Source of the DNA: Candidatus Methanophagales archaeon | GTDB lineage: Archaea; Halobacteriota; Syntropharchaeia; Alkanophagales; Methanospirareceae | Reading direction: 5' to 3' | Length of the DNA: 42,129 nucleotides | Assembly: GCA_030612835.1 (NCBI GenBank) | Contig: JAUWND010000002.1 | Location: forward strand, 1 to 42,129 | The notes under the pieces: model-generated | Told to the model about the DNA's origin: nothing | The model's database searches: none | The model's input: only the letters and a program-made list of their open reading frames with translations | Shown here: piece after piece, positions 7,908 through 17,983 of the stretch | Layout: each line of letters starts with the position of its first letter | Position numbering within the stretch: the stretch's first letter is position 1 | Made by a program: the position numbers and the translations under genes

Positions 7908-10235
7908 ATGCTAATAATGAAGAAGTTTGAGATACATGATGCGAAAGATGATGATTTAAAGCGAATAAGTGAACTTATGGGCCTTTCGCTGAATATAGAA
8001 GAGATGCGCACGATAAAGCGATATTTCCAGTTGAAGCGCAGGGCGCCAACGGATGTGGAGCTGCAGAGCATTGCACAGGCATGGTCAGAACATTGCTGTT
8101 ACAAGAGCTCGAAAAAGATCTTGCAAAAATATATCTTCGGCATTGATGCGCCGCAGAGCATATTAGCGGTAAAAGAAGATGCCGGTGTGGTAGAATTTGA
8201 TGCGGAGCATGCTTATGTCTTGGCGTTCGAGAGTCATAACCACCCTTCGGCGATAGAGCCTTACGGCGGTGCGGCAACAGGTATAGGCGGTATCGTCAGG
8301 GATGTGATCTGCATGGGTGCACAGCCTATTGCATTGATTGACCCCTTATTCTTCGGTCCTCTGGATTATAGCTATGAGAAGCTGCCTGCGGAGGTGAAGC
8401 ATCCAAAGTTCCTGTTTGATGGTGTTGTTGCGGGTATAAGCGACTACGGGAATCGGATAGGCATTCCAACGTGTGCGGGGATGGTATATTTTGACGATGG
8501 CTACGTGGGCAATTGCGTAGTGAATGTAGGCTGCGTAGGGATAATGAAGAAGTCCGATTTGAGCAGAAGCATAGCACGTGAAGGCGAGGTGCTTGTTCTG
8601 GTCGGAGGTAAAACCGGGCGAGATGGCATACACGGTGTTACCTTTGCTTCGGTAGAGTTAACAGGGGAGGAGGAATTCAGAAGTGCCGTTCAAGTTGGCG
8701 ATCCGATAACAAAGGAGCCGCTAATGCATGCTATATTAGAATCGAATGATAAGAAGTTGATAAGTGGGATGAAGGATCTCGGTGGCGGCGGGTTATCATG
8801 TGCAGTGAGCGAGATGTGCCATGCGGGCGGGTGTAGTGCAGAGATACAGTTAGATAGGGTGAAGTTAAAGGAAGAAGGGCTAAGCGCATGGGAGATCTGG
8901 GTTTCGGAATCCCAAGAACGGTTTTTAATCGGAACACCAGAAGCGAATGTGGACGAGCTGCTGGCGATATTTAATAAATGGGATGTGGATGCGGTGATTC
9001 TAGGACAAACATTTAAAAACCTTTCTTCTGAAGTGAATGCGTCACCAAAGAAACTAAAGATTATTTACCGTGGTGAGAATATATTCGAGCTGGATACAGA
9101 TTTCCTTGTGTCATGTCCGCTTTATGAACGTACGATGAAGATAAAGGCACGAGATGAGGCGGAACCTCTAATGGATGCGCCTGATGACTATAATGTCATT
9201 TTAAAACAGTTGCTTGCAGCACCTAATATCGCATCTTGCGAAGGTGTTATAAGACAATATGACCATGAAGTGCGAGCGTCTACGGTGATAAAGCCGATGC
9301 AGGGGATAATAGGGAAAGAGACGCATGGCGATGCAGCGGTGATAAAGCCACTGGAAGAATCCTATATGGGACTCGCTATTACTTCTGACGTAAATCCATC
9401 ATATTGTAAGATTAACCCGTTCTGGGGTGCTGCGAGTGCGATAGACGAAATATGTAGGAATTTGACTGCGGTTGGTGCAGTGCCACAGTCATTTGCAGAT
9501 TGCTTGAATTTCGGTAATCCCGAGAAGCCGGACCGGATGGGGGACTTCTATGAATGCTGTCGCGGTTTAGGTCACATGGCTTCTTCGCTTGGCGTACCGT
9601 TTGTGAGTGGTAATGTGAGCTTATATAATGAGTCCGCAGCTATGAATGAATCTATCCCACCCACACCCGCTATTCTGGGCATAGGGATATGTGAAGACAT
9701 AAGGGAATGCGTCACTGTGGATTTAAAGGAAGCGGGGAATTTACTGTTTCTTATTGGCGACACAAAGAAGGAATTGGGTGGCAGTGAGTATTATAAGTTG
9801 CGGTGTGTGGAAGGAGGAATAGTGCCGAGGACCGACCCAAAAGTGCTGAAGCGGTCTATGGTTGCGTTATTGGACACGATGAAGGCTGGGTTGGTAGCGA
9901 GCTGTCATGACCTTTCGGAAGGTGGGCTCGCAATTGCAGTATGCGAGATGAGTATGGGTGGCGATAGCGGCGTTTACATTGATATTGGTGCTGTAAATCC
10001 TGAACTGAGGGGCGATTACAAGTTGTTCTCGGAATCTAACACGAGGTGGGTGGTGGAGGTGCCGAGAGCGGAAGCAGGAAGGTTTGAAGCGTTGATGGCT
10101 ACACATGGCGTTCTCATAACTAAAATAGGGTCGGTGATAAAAGATAAGCTGGTCAGTATAAGCGACAATGGCACGGAATTGGTGGATATTTCGATAGATG
10201 CTGTGAGAGCGGCATGGAGGAATCATCTTACGTGA
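7908..10235 (+). CDS. purL: Phosphoribosylformylglycinamidine synthase subunit II (FGAM synthase II)
   Basis: WSEHCCYKSS, ESHNHPSAIEPYGGAATGIGGIVRD and duplicated AIR-synthase-like halves. Alternative ATG at 7917. Confidence 0.92.
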   Translation: MLIMKKFEIHDAKDDDLKRISELMGLSLNIEEMRTIKRYFQLKRRAPTDVELQSIAQAWSEHCCYKSSKKILQKYIFGIDAPQSILAVKEDAGVVEFDAEHAYVLAFESHNHPSAIEPYGGAATGIGGIVRDVICMGAQPIALIDPLFFGPLDYSYEKLPAEVKHPKFLFDGVVAGISDYGNRIGIPTCAGMVYFDDGYVGNCVVNVGCVGIMKKSDLSRSIAREGEVLVLVGGKTGRDGIHGVTFASVELTGEEEFRSAVQVGDPITKEPLMHAILESNDKKLISGMKDLGGGGLSCAVSEMCHAGGCSAEIQLDRVKLKEEGLSAWEIWVSESQERFLIGTPEANVDELLAIFNKWDVDAVILGQTFKNLSSEVNASPKKLKIIYRGENIFELDTDFLVSCPLYERTMKIKARDEAEPLMDAPDDYNVILKQLLAAPNIASCEGVIRQYDHEVRASTVIKPMQGIIGKETHGDAAVIKPLEESYMGLAITSDVNPSYCKINPFWGAASAIDEICRNLTAVGAVPQSFADCLNFGNPEKPDRMGDFYECCRGLGHMASSLGVPFVSGNVSLYNESAAMNESIPPTPAILGIGICEDIRECVTVDLKEAGNLLFLIGDTKKELGGSEYYKLRCVEGGIVPRTDPKVLKRSMVALLDTMKAGLVASCHDLSEGGLAIAVCEMSMGGDSGVYIDIGAVNPELRGDYKLFSESNTRWVVEVPRAEAGRFEALMATHGVLITKIGSVIKDKLVSISDNGTELVDISIDAVRAAWRNHLT

Positions 10236-11964
10236 CGTAGCTGTAATCTTCAAAAGGCTTCATCAATGGATGAATGTCCTTATTAGCGATAGTTATGTGA
10301 TATGGATGATCGCCAATACCATTGCCATCTGTATCACGCTCTATTTCCTTGATGTAATCAGCCCAATAGTTGCCCATGTAGTTTGTATATGTCGTTTTGT
10401 TATAAACATAGGCTATTTCGGAAATAGAATTCCAGGTAGTGGCTGAGCTAAGAGTACAAACGTTATCAAAATTGTTTATGAAGTTGTTGAGACAGATAAT
10501 GTTGTTGAGCGAATTAACGACTAAAATGCCATTACTTTCGCAGTTTGACATGTTGTTCATGGTCAAGAAATTGTTGTTCGAGGAAGTTAAGACTATCCCG
10601 TCAGGGTTATTCAAGTTTGTGTTCATAGCTAAAAGGTTGAAGTTGGAAGCGCCCAGGCTGATGCCCCTTTTGTTATTGGTATTTGAGTTGTTGATTATGA
10701 TATTGTTACACGAAGCAGATAGGGCGATGCCTTCATAGTTGTTTGATGTGCTAACATTCTCTATTCTCGAAAGCATCGAATAGACAAGCAAAAGACCAGC
10801 GCTATTTCTTGTTAGCGTTAAGTCTCTCGCAGTTATATTTAAGGAGTTTACGATACATACAAAGCCTGCATCGTTCGGTATCACACGATTTCGCTGACCC
10901 ACCCAATAATAAACGGATTTCCCATCTACGAGGTTAGTAGCATCTATGCTTTGTGTGAGGTGATAAACGTTATCACCTGTAACACCGAAGTTGTAATAAT
11001 TCCCATCCATCCTGTTGTTTTTTAACGTGCTGTTGCACGAAGCTTCCAGTGAGATACCAACCTCGTTATTTGCACTGGCCGTGTTGTTTATCATGGTATT
11101 TTCGTTTGAATGAATTAAGCTGATACCGATCTCGTTGTTCAAATTTGCAATGTTATTGATCAAGATATTGCTATTAGAAGAATCCAGGGAATAGCCATCG
11201 CGATTATTCGAGCGAGCTTTGTTTTGCACTAATAGGTTATCGTGCGCGTAATCTAAGCGGATGCCATCTTGGTTGTTCAATGCAAGATCATTGTTGTATA
11301 CTGTATTACCATGCGAGTGCCACAAACGAATGCCATTGCGGTAATTTGATTTTACTACGGCATTATTGGATAAGGTGTTAGAATCAGAATAATCCAAGTA
11401 GATGCCATCGCCATAATTATCTGATGCTGTGTTGTTTACAATCGTGTTTTTTGTCGAATCAGACAAGAAGAAGCCATAAGCGTTGCCCACTGCCCTGTTA
11501 TCTGTAATATTACAGTGATCTGCGTGAATATACAGTCCTGCGTAAATATACATTCCTGTTTCATTCCTTCCTATTGCGTTTTTCACTGTGAATCCCTTTA
11601 TGCTCACGTAGTCGGCAGTCACATCAAATACATGTGCGTTTGCTTTCTCCGCTACAACAGTTGTATGCGCCGATCCGTTATCTGATCTAATCGTCAAACG
11701 CTTGTTTACTTTCACGTTTTCGTTATACGTGCCACCCCTCACGATAATCGTGTCACCTTCGCTAGCATTGTCCACAGCCCCTTGAATCTTTGCAAAATCA
11801 TCCGGCACGTGAATTATCGAGTGTGACGAAGCGGTATCAGGATTTAATGTGTCATTACCTAAAGTCGCATCAACTGCAACTCCCGTTGCGATTAGCGCCA
11901 AACAAATGGAAAGCGCCAATAAGTTACTGCATATCTTATTCTTCATTTGGTTTGGTATGATCAC
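10228..11964 (-). CDS. Secreted right-handed beta-helix (PbH1/NosD-like) repeat protein
   Basis: Signal peptide, then more than 10 repeats of about 22 aa of the N-x-I/V-x-x-N type (NNTASDNYGDGIYL, NNAVVKSNYRNGIRL and others). NosD-like C-terminus GNGIGDHPY. Confidence 0.8.
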   Translation of the reverse strand: MIIPNQMKNKICSNLLALSICLALIATGVAVDATLGNDTLNPDTASSHSIIHVPDDFAKIQGAVDNASEGDTIIVRGGTYNENVKVNKRLTIRSDNGSAHTTVVAEKANAHVFDVTADYVSIKGFTVKNAIGRNETGMYIYAGLYIHADHCNITDNRAVGNAYGFFLSDSTKNTIVNNTASDNYGDGIYLDYSDSNTLSNNAVVKSNYRNGIRLWHSHGNTVYNNDLALNNQDGIRLDYAHDNLLVQNKARSNNRDGYSLDSSNSNILINNIANLNNEIGISLIHSNENTMINNTASANNEVGISLEASCNSTLKNNRMDGNYYNFGVTGDNVYHLTQSIDATNLVDGKSVYYWVGQRNRVIPNDAGFVCIVNSLNITARDLTLTRNSAGLLLVYSMLSRIENVSTSNNYEGIALSASCNNIIINNSNTNNKRGISLGASNFNLLAMNTNLNNPDGIVLTSSNNNFLTMNNMSNCESNGILVVNSLNNIICLNNFINNFDNVCTLSSATTWNSISEIAYVYNKTTYTNYMGNYWADYIKEIERDTDGNGIGDHPYHITIANKDIHPLMKPFEDYSYVT

Positions 11965-11967
11965 ACT

Positions 11968-13278
11968 TTATATTGTCACGCTATTCGGAGTGCACGGTGT
12001 CCCACCGTCTACAAGGCTCTCTTCCCATTCCCCTGTTAGATTTAGTTCAAGTGTTTTACCATTTCGCGATGCACCCCAGGAATTATGGTAGCTCACATCG
12101 TCAATAAAGGCCGATGATGCATCTTTCAGTGTTATGGAGTCCCCGATGTTACTTAACCAGAATCCACTTTCAATCACTGTACAGTTACACGTTGGATGTT
12201 CATTTAAGAACGTAGTTGCATCCACAGCGGCAATGGCATACCCTCCGGAAGGGATAACCATACTGCCCTTGCCACGAGTAAATTCGTGATACGCATTGGT
12301 AGAGGATTCAAAGAACTTCCAGCCGGTTATGTTTATGTCTTCCGGGCCACCATTAAATAGCTCAATCCACTCGCGATTTCTGTCTGAGCCGGGAGGATTG
12401 TACATTATCTCATTGATTTTTACATGATATGGTGTCAATGTTGCGTGTACGGGAGAAGTCTCGCCAGCCGATACCCACACATTTGTTGACCAACCCTCAT
12501 AGCCATCAAGAGCGAGCGTAATTGTACTACTGCCGGGTGAAATCTCAGTGAAGGTGTATGGTGTCGTTACCGACGGACTATCAAACGAACCATCAGGGGT
12601 ATCTAATTCTATCGTTGCGCCAGACGGCGAAGATGTTACGAAGATAGCCCCTTTTGTTGGTGGTGGGGTAGGAATAGGAGTCAATATTGCATGTACGGGC
12701 GAGATCTCGCCCGCTGATACCTGTACGGTTGTTGACCAACCCTCATAACCATCAAGAGCGAGTTCAAGGGTATGTGTGCCGATGGATAAATTAGCAAACG
12801 TGTATGGTGTTGTTAGCGACTGGTCAACAAAGCCATCTAAATCTATCGTTGCACCTGATGGTGTAGACGAGACCGATATAGACCCTGTTGTGGGTATTGG
12901 AGTCATTATTGCATCTACGGGCGAGGTCTCGCCAGCTAATACGGGCACATCTGCTGACCAAATCTCATAACCATCAAGAGTGAGGACAAGTGCATGAGTG
13001 CCAATGAGTAAATTAGCAAACGTGTACGGTGTTGTTACAGACGGCCCAACAAAGCCATCTAAATGTATCGTTGCACCCGATGGCGAAGAAGAGACCGATA
13101 TAGACCCCTGTATGGGAATCCATGTTGTAGTGGGTAGAGCACTGAGTGGTGCAACAAAAACAGCGAACACCAAAATCAGCACGGCAACCGCAAAAGAACC
13201 TCTTTTTAGTGACGTGATCGCCGCTGAAGAAACGTTCCTTTCACTTGCTTTTTTTTCGGTCCGTTTCTTCTCTTTCAT
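11968..13278 (-). CDS. Secreted protein with three PEGA-like domains and a C-terminal lamin-tail (LTD) domain
   Basis: TM/signal segment. Three near-identical repeats (GSISVSSxPSGATIxLDGF...TTPYTFANLxIGTHxLxLxLDGYEGWS). C-terminal INEIMYNPPGSDRNREWIELFN is LTD-like. There is a 3-nt gap to the downstream beta-helix gene. Confidence 0.75.
   Translation of the reverse strand: MKEKKRTEKKASERNVSSAAITSLKRGSFAVAVLILVFAVFVAPLSALPTTTWIPIQGSISVSSSPSGATIHLDGFVGPSVTTPYTFANLLIGTHALVLTLDGYEIWSADVPVLAGETSPVDAIMTPIPTTGSISVSSTPSGATIDLDGFVDQSLTTPYTFANLSIGTHTLELALDGYEGWSTTVQVSAGEISPVHAILTPIPTPPPTKGAIFVTSSPSGATIELDTPDGSFDSPSVTTPYTFTEISPGSSTITLALDGYEGWSTNVWVSAGETSPVHATLTPYHVKINEIMYNPPGSDRNREWIELFNGGPEDINITGWKFFESSTNAYHEFTRGKGSMVIPSGGYAIAAVDATTFLNEHPTCNCTVIESGFWLSNIGDSITLKDASSAFIDDVSYHNSWGASRNGKTLELNLTGEWEESLVDGGTPCTPNSVTI
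12426..13116 (-). repeat. Three tandem coding repeats (about 222-246 nt) encoding the PEGA-like domains
   Basis: The periodicity also shows in the three similar antisense ORFs at 12548, 12776 and 12998. Confidence 0.8.
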
Positions 13279-13360
13279 TCATTATCGCCCCCCATTACTA
13301 CATATACTAAAAAAAATCGATATAAAAAGGTTTTTGTAATTACCCTTTTTCGCCCGGTTT

Positions 13361-14164
13361 TTATAGTTCAGATATTCTTTTCTCAAGATATTTTTTTAAT
13401 TGGTTGTGAATTTTTCGTATATCATCAGTATCTGGCAGGGCGGTAATGATTTTCTCAATAATCCGCCTTTCTTGAATATAAAAGAATGTCGGTGTAAAGT
13501 TGATGTCGAATATCCAGCCCAGTTGCAGGAGTTTCATATCATTAAATGTTTTTAAATAATGAGAATTTGAAACCCTGTTGTTACGGAGATCATCAATAAA
13601 GCAAAGAGAATATTCCGGTGTATCGGGAAGTTCGAGTTCCAATGCGGGGTTACGATGCCTATGTCGTTCCGTATAATAATTTGTCACAACGTACCATATA
13701 TCCAATTTGTCCGCATCCCGTATTAATTTTGAATGCAGTTCAGAGCTTTCATCAGCATTGTCGGGAACTTTACGTACATTGTGATATTCTATTGCGTTAT
13801 AAACGATGGTTTGTTCCGTTTTTGTTAGTCTGCTTAATATGTTTGTCGCTTTTAAGACCTTTAGCCCAAGAGTTGCATGGTTCTCCGACATCCGATCATT
13901 AAAAGTGCCGTATGTCTTGAATTGTTCAAAACGACCTATGTCGTGAAATAATGCAATTGTCTCAGCCAGACGAAGTGCATTTCTATTTAGATTCAGCGCT
14001 TTGCCTAACCGAAGAATCTCCTTACAAACACGTAACGTATGTTCTTCTTTAAGTTTGATATTCTGTTGGATTTTTGGATCTTCTGTGTAAAAAGATTTGA
14101 CATAATTCCGAAACCATGAATGGAAAAATGCAGTGTCCACATCATTCTCTATCATATATATCAT
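13361..14164 (-). CDS. HD-domain metal-dependent phosphohydrolase
   Basis: EEHTLRV (His), ALFHDIGR (HD), ENHATLG, IRDADKLD (Asp). Confidence 0.7.
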   Translation of the reverse strand: MIYMIENDVDTAFFHSWFRNYVKSFYTEDPKIQQNIKLKEEHTLRVCKEILRLGKALNLNRNALRLAETIALFHDIGRFEQFKTYGTFNDRMSENHATLGLKVLKATNILSRLTKTEQTIVYNAIEYHNVRKVPDNADESSELHSKLIRDADKLDIWYVVTNYYTERHRHRNPALELELPDTPEYSLCFIDDLRNNRVSNSHYLKTFNDMKLLQLGWIFDINFTPTFFYIQERRIIEKIITALPDTDDIRKIHNQLKKYLEKRISEL

Positions 14165-14311
14165 GTTTATCCCTCTTGTTGTTTAGCTCTTTTTATCTAC
14201 ACTTCTACTTCTAGCTTTGTTTTGTCATTTGGAGTACCTTGAATACAAATGCATGATTAACGCGATATTCTGTAATCTCTTTTGGCACTTCTCGCTCTTA
14301 CTTACACTCTA

Positions 14312-14488
14312 TCACAGATGAGAAAATACGACTTTTGTCGCATCTACCCAGTAACGCCCAAAACCGCCGACAAAGTGCCCTATCTCTACCGCTGATATGT
14401 TCTCTGGAATGGACGCATTTCCAGAGAGAATGGGAAGCAGTATCAACAGCGCAAGCACTATTAACACAATTATCGTTAAGATCCGCAT
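14312..14488 (-). CDS. Small (58 aa) membrane/secreted protein, below the ORF-track size cut-off
   Basis: Hand translation gives MRILTIIVLIVLALLILLPILSGNASIPENISAVEIGHFVGGFGRYWVDATKVVFSHL. GAGGTGA lies about 9 nt upstream of the ATG. It sits directly downstream of the ABC permease on the same strand and competes with the listed 67-aa ORF in another frame. Confidence 0.4.
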   Translation of the reverse strand: MRILTIIVLIVLALLILLPILSGNASIPENISAVEIGHFVGGFGRYWVDATKVVFSHL

Positions 14489-14570
14489 TTTTATGTCTCA
14501 CCTCTAAACTAATTTTTATTCCTCATTTTTATTTTTATTCTCTCGCTATAAAAATGTATCGCTCACTTGC

Positions 14571-15383
14571 TTAATTATGTATTACCTTGCCGTGAAATGA
14601 AAACACGGAAACAATAAACGCAATTCCGGCAACTAAGACTATTGTCGCTCCCGAAGGTAAGTTAAATGCATAAGACAGCCATAACCCGCAAATAGTCAAG
14701 ACTGCAGAAAGGAAAACTGAAATGCACATCATACCACTCAAACGATGTGTAAATTGTCTGCCTATTGCAGCCGGTATGGTTAATAGAGCAATGACTAAAA
14801 TAACACCCGCAACCTTTATCAATACCACCACGGTCAGTGCAATAAGACATAAAAGGAGAAGGTATAATCGCTCCGTGTGAAGACCAGCCGCAGTTGCATA
14901 CTCCTCATCGAACGAAATCGCCTGAAATTCACGGTGGAATAAAAGCACCACCACGATTATAGCGGCATCTAAGCACAGCATCATGATTAAATCCGAAGTA
15001 GACACCATTAAAATACTCCCGAATAGATAGCCAAACAGGTCCGGCGCATATCCAGGTGTCAATCCGATGAGTATAATGCCGAAAGCCATACCCATCGCCC
15101 ATAAAATGCCTATCGCGGTATCTTCTGGTATTTTCGTCCTCCTCCCGATGACGCCCATGCTCAGTGCAGATGCGATGCTAAACGGAATAACACCCAAAAT
15201 AGGGTCCACACCCAGGAAATAGCCCAGGCCAACACCACCAAAGGCAGCATGTGCTATTCCTCCACTGATGAATACAATCCTCTTCACCACAACGTAGACG
15301 CCGACAATACCACATGCAATGCTGGCTAATAACGCGGCTATAAGCGCGGTTCTCATGAATTCATACTCTAAAATTCCGATCAT
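14571..15383 (-). CDS. Metal ABC transporter permease (ABC-3 / ZnuB-TroCD family)
   Basis: Polytopic membrane protein. [19 protein letters not shown] resembles a ZnuB-type N-terminus, so the start was moved from 15455 to 15383. Part of an operon with SBP and ATPase genes. Confidence 0.8.
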   Translation of the reverse strand: MIGILEYEFMRTALIAALLASIACGIVGVYVVVKRIVFISGGIAHAAFGGVGLGYFLGVDPILGVIPFSIASALSMGVIGRRTKIPEDTAIGILWAMGMAFGIILIGLTPGYAPDLFGYLFGSILMVSTSDLIMMLCLDAAIIVVVLLFHREFQAISFDEEYATAAGLHTERLYLLLLCLIALTVVVLIKVAGVILVIALLTIPAAIGRQFTHRLSGMMCISVFLSAVLTICGLWLSYAFNLPSGATIVLVAGIAFIVSVFSFHGKVIHN

Positions 15384-16242
15384 CTTTACTCCGTGTATAA
15401 TAGAATAAGTATTCTTGTGCATAGCCTGCAAACTTACCATAATGCAGTCTGGCAAAAGAGCTCAGTTCCCTGTATTCTGAAACCGTAAGCGGCTTCTCCG
15501 TACCGTCTTTAGTTCCCGGAATACCAGCCCCTCTTATTTGATATATCACACGCCTGACCCAAACATCAATAGGGAAAGCCTCTAATTTATCAAATGCGAA
15601 TAAAGAAACGCAATCTGCAACTTTTGGACCCACTCCAGGCAATGAACGCAACTCATCTCTGAGCTTGAGATAATCTGAATTTCTCAGCTCCTCCAGCAGA
15701 TTTGGATTGTTCTCGACTTGCTTTGCAATCTCCGATAGATATTGCGCTCTGTATCCCACTTTACACTGCTTAATTTTGTTTACACTTGCCTTTGCGAGCT
15801 TCTTCACTTTTGGAAAGGAGAAGAAAGCTTTGCCATTAACTACAATTTTATCACCAAACTTTTCGGAAAGGTTCCGGAGCATATTTTCGATAACCGCAAT
15901 ACTGGCATTTGTCGCACAGACATAAGAGATTAGGCAGTCCCAGACGCTCTGTCTGACAATCCTCAACCCGTTGAACTGTTGAATGGCTTTATTTATCTCG
16001 ACATCCTTATTTAATGTCTGAAGTATGTTACTGAGGTCATCATCAAGACGGAAGTAACTCTTTATAAACTCCTCCGCCACATCTTCGGGATATGCAGTGA
16101 AATGCAGTTCGTCACCTGCCTGTCTTACTTTTAGGATGTTTCCATCTACAATCCCATACCACCAGCCATTTGCTTTTCCCCATCGAAATACCTGACCGCA
16201 ACTTAACGTGTAATCCAAATTGAAATGGCTCTCGAGTTTCAT
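15361..16242 (-). CDS. ogg: 8-oxoguanine DNA glycosylase/AP lyase, Ogg1-type HhH-GPD family
   Basis: N-terminal LSCGQVFRW. Hh[32 protein letters not shown] with the catalytic Lys and Asp in the expected positions. Confidence 0.85.
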   Translation of the reverse strand: MKLESHFNLDYTLSCGQVFRWGKANGWWYGIVDGNILKVRQAGDELHFTAYPEDVAEEFIKSYFRLDDDLSNILQTLNKDVEINKAIQQFNGLRIVRQSVWDCLISYVCATNASIAVIENMLRNLSEKFGDKIVVNGKAFFSFPKVKKLAKASVNKIKQCKVGYRAQYLSEIAKQVENNPNLLEELRNSDYLKLRDELRSLPGVGPKVADCVSLFAFDKLEAFPIDVWVRRVIYQIRGAGIPGTKDGTEKPLTVSEYRELSSFARLHYGKFAGYAQEYLFYYTRSKDDRNFRV

Positions 16243-17004
16243 CTACCTATGCTCCTTCAACACTCTATGAGGAACGCCATGCGCTATTATCTCTACGGGA
16301 CAATGATAAGTGACTTCCAGGTCTTCTGCCGTTAACTCTTTTGAGTTATGATAAAAAAGCCTGCTGTTAAGACATGCGATTTTATCCACATAAATGGAAA
16401 CCGCACTGATGTCATGGGATACTAAAACAATCGCCATTTGCTGCCTTAGTTTCTCAAAGAGTTCATAAAGCTCGGTCTGCATATGCGAATCAACACTTGC
16501 CATCGGCTCGTCTAATAGAAGCATTTTCGGCTCGGTTACCAGTGCACGCGCGATAAAAACACGCTGCTGTTGCCCGCCAGAAAGTTGCCCTATTTGAGAA
16601 TCGCGATAATTGTGCATTTCCACGGTCTCCAGAGCATCATAAGCAAGCTTCTTATCCTCTTTACTATATCTTCTGAACCGTTTCATCTGTCCCACACGTC
16701 CCATCAGCACTACATCCAGGACATTTATTGGAAAGTCACGATCAAAGAGGCTGTACTGGGGCACATAGCCAACGAATTTACGGCCTCTCTCTGGCGTATG
16801 TCCAAAAACAGTGATTTCACCGCGACTCGGCTTCAGTAAGCCAAGAATGAGTTTAAGGAGACATGTTTTTCCGCCGCCATTTGGTCCTATTATACCCAAG
16901 AAATCACGATCTTTTATTGATAGGTTTATCCCCTCCAACGCAGGCATATTGTCAAAATATAACCATACATCTTCCAGTTTTACTATCTCACTTCTTTCTA
17001 TCAT
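16243..17004 (-). CDS. Metal ABC transporter ATP-binding protein (ZnuC/TroB-like)
   Basis: Walker A GPNGGGKT, signature LSGGQQQRVFIARAL, Walker B LLLDEP. Confidence 0.88.
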   Translation of the reverse strand: MIERSEIVKLEDVWLYFDNMPALEGINLSIKDRDFLGIIGPNGGGKTCLLKLILGLLKPSRGEITVFGHTPERGRKFVGYVPQYSLFDRDFPINVLDVVLMGRVGQMKRFRRYSKEDKKLAYDALETVEMHNYRDSQIGQLSGGQQQRVFIARALVTEPKMLLLDEPMASVDSHMQTELYELFEKLRQQMAIVLVSHDISAVSIYVDKIACLNSRLFYHNSKELTAEDLEVTYHCPVEIIAHGVPHRVLKEHR

Positions 17005-17010
17005 TATTAA

Positions 17011-17865
17011 TTATTCCATCTCCAGAGATAGTGCCTCGACTATGCTTCGCATATTGGCAGTATAATCAAGAGGAAGCGGGTCTATAAAAACGGTTTGCCC
17101 GTCAATCTCATGTGCAATCACTTCTGCATCATCGGTCGCAAATTGCGGCGCCACATAGACATAAGACAGGTTATATTGTCGCGCTTGATCAATGCAATTC
17201 CGGATGACTTTAGGAGTGGGCGCTTTTCCTTTATGCTCAATTGCAATTTGCGTTAGATTATATTCCGATGCAAAATATCCAAATGCTGGATGGTAGCTCA
17301 TAAAGACACGAGTGTTAGTAAAACAGTCAAGTCGCTCGTGGATGTATGCGTCAACGTCATCGAGTTCTTGCAGATATTTGTCGCGGTTTGCAGTATACTC
17401 TACTTCGTGCTCATGATCAATCTCGATGAGCCCATCGCAGATATTCTCCACCATAACTTTGGCATTGAGTGGCGAATTCCAAATATGTGGATCTTTTCCC
17501 ATCCTCGTGATACCTTTAGCGCAATCAACAACTTGCATATCGGCATTGACAGCCATGATTTTGTCCATCCATGCATTCTCAAATTCCACTCCTGAACCAA
17601 CCTTGAAGTACATCTTCGCCTTGCTTACCGCCCTTAACTGACCAGGCGTTGGCTCATATGTATGGGGACTAGCTCCCGAGGGCACCATTACCGTCACCGC
17701 TACGTTGTCCGCACCGATCTCTTCTACAAAATCCGCTTGTGGTACTATGGTTACTATAACTCCTATCTGTTCGTCTTCCGCTCTCTCACCCCCAGGGGCT
17801 ATGCATGCGATTACGCAGGCAACGGCTATCAAGCAGCCTATTACGATCCAGCTCCTATTATCCAT
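17011..17865 (-). CDS. Metal ABC transporter substrate-binding protein (cluster A-I, TroA/ZnuA-like)
   Basis: N-terminal membrane anchor. Motifs PSGASPHTYEPTPGQ, DPHIWNSP and YHPAFGYF are typical of TroA/ZnuA/PsaA binding proteins. Confidence 0.85.
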   Translation of the reverse strand: MDNRSWIVIGCLIAVACVIACIAPGGERAEDEQIGVIVTIVPQADFVEEIGADNVAVTVMVPSGASPHTYEPTPGQLRAVSKAKMYFKVGSGVEFENAWMDKIMAVNADMQVVDCAKGITRMGKDPHIWNSPLNAKVMVENICDGLIEIDHEHEVEYTANRDKYLQELDDVDAYIHERLDCFTNTRVFMSYHPAFGYFASEYNLTQIAIEHKGKAPTPKVIRNCIDQARQYNLSYVYVAPQFATDDAEVIAHEIDGQTVFIDPLPLDYTANMRSIVEALSLEME

Positions 17866-17983
17866 CTTAATAATATTTGCTTTTATTATTAATAATATTT
17901 GTAAGGGTATTTATAACTGTATTATTAAAACATATTTAGAATAATTTTAGAATAATATAATATAATATAATATATAGAGAAAA

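Noticed and set aside
14298-14574. Listed ORFs 14298-14501 (minus) and 14335-14574 (plus)
   Set aside because: They overlap each other and have no RBS and no motifs. A different frame (14312-14488) with an SD and a TM helix explains the region better.
17931-17983. tagaataat x2 and (ataat)n repeats upstream of nikR as a NikR operator
   Set aside because: This is a low-complexity AT-rich promoter-type sequence. No clear dyad of the kind known for NikR operators could be identified by eye.
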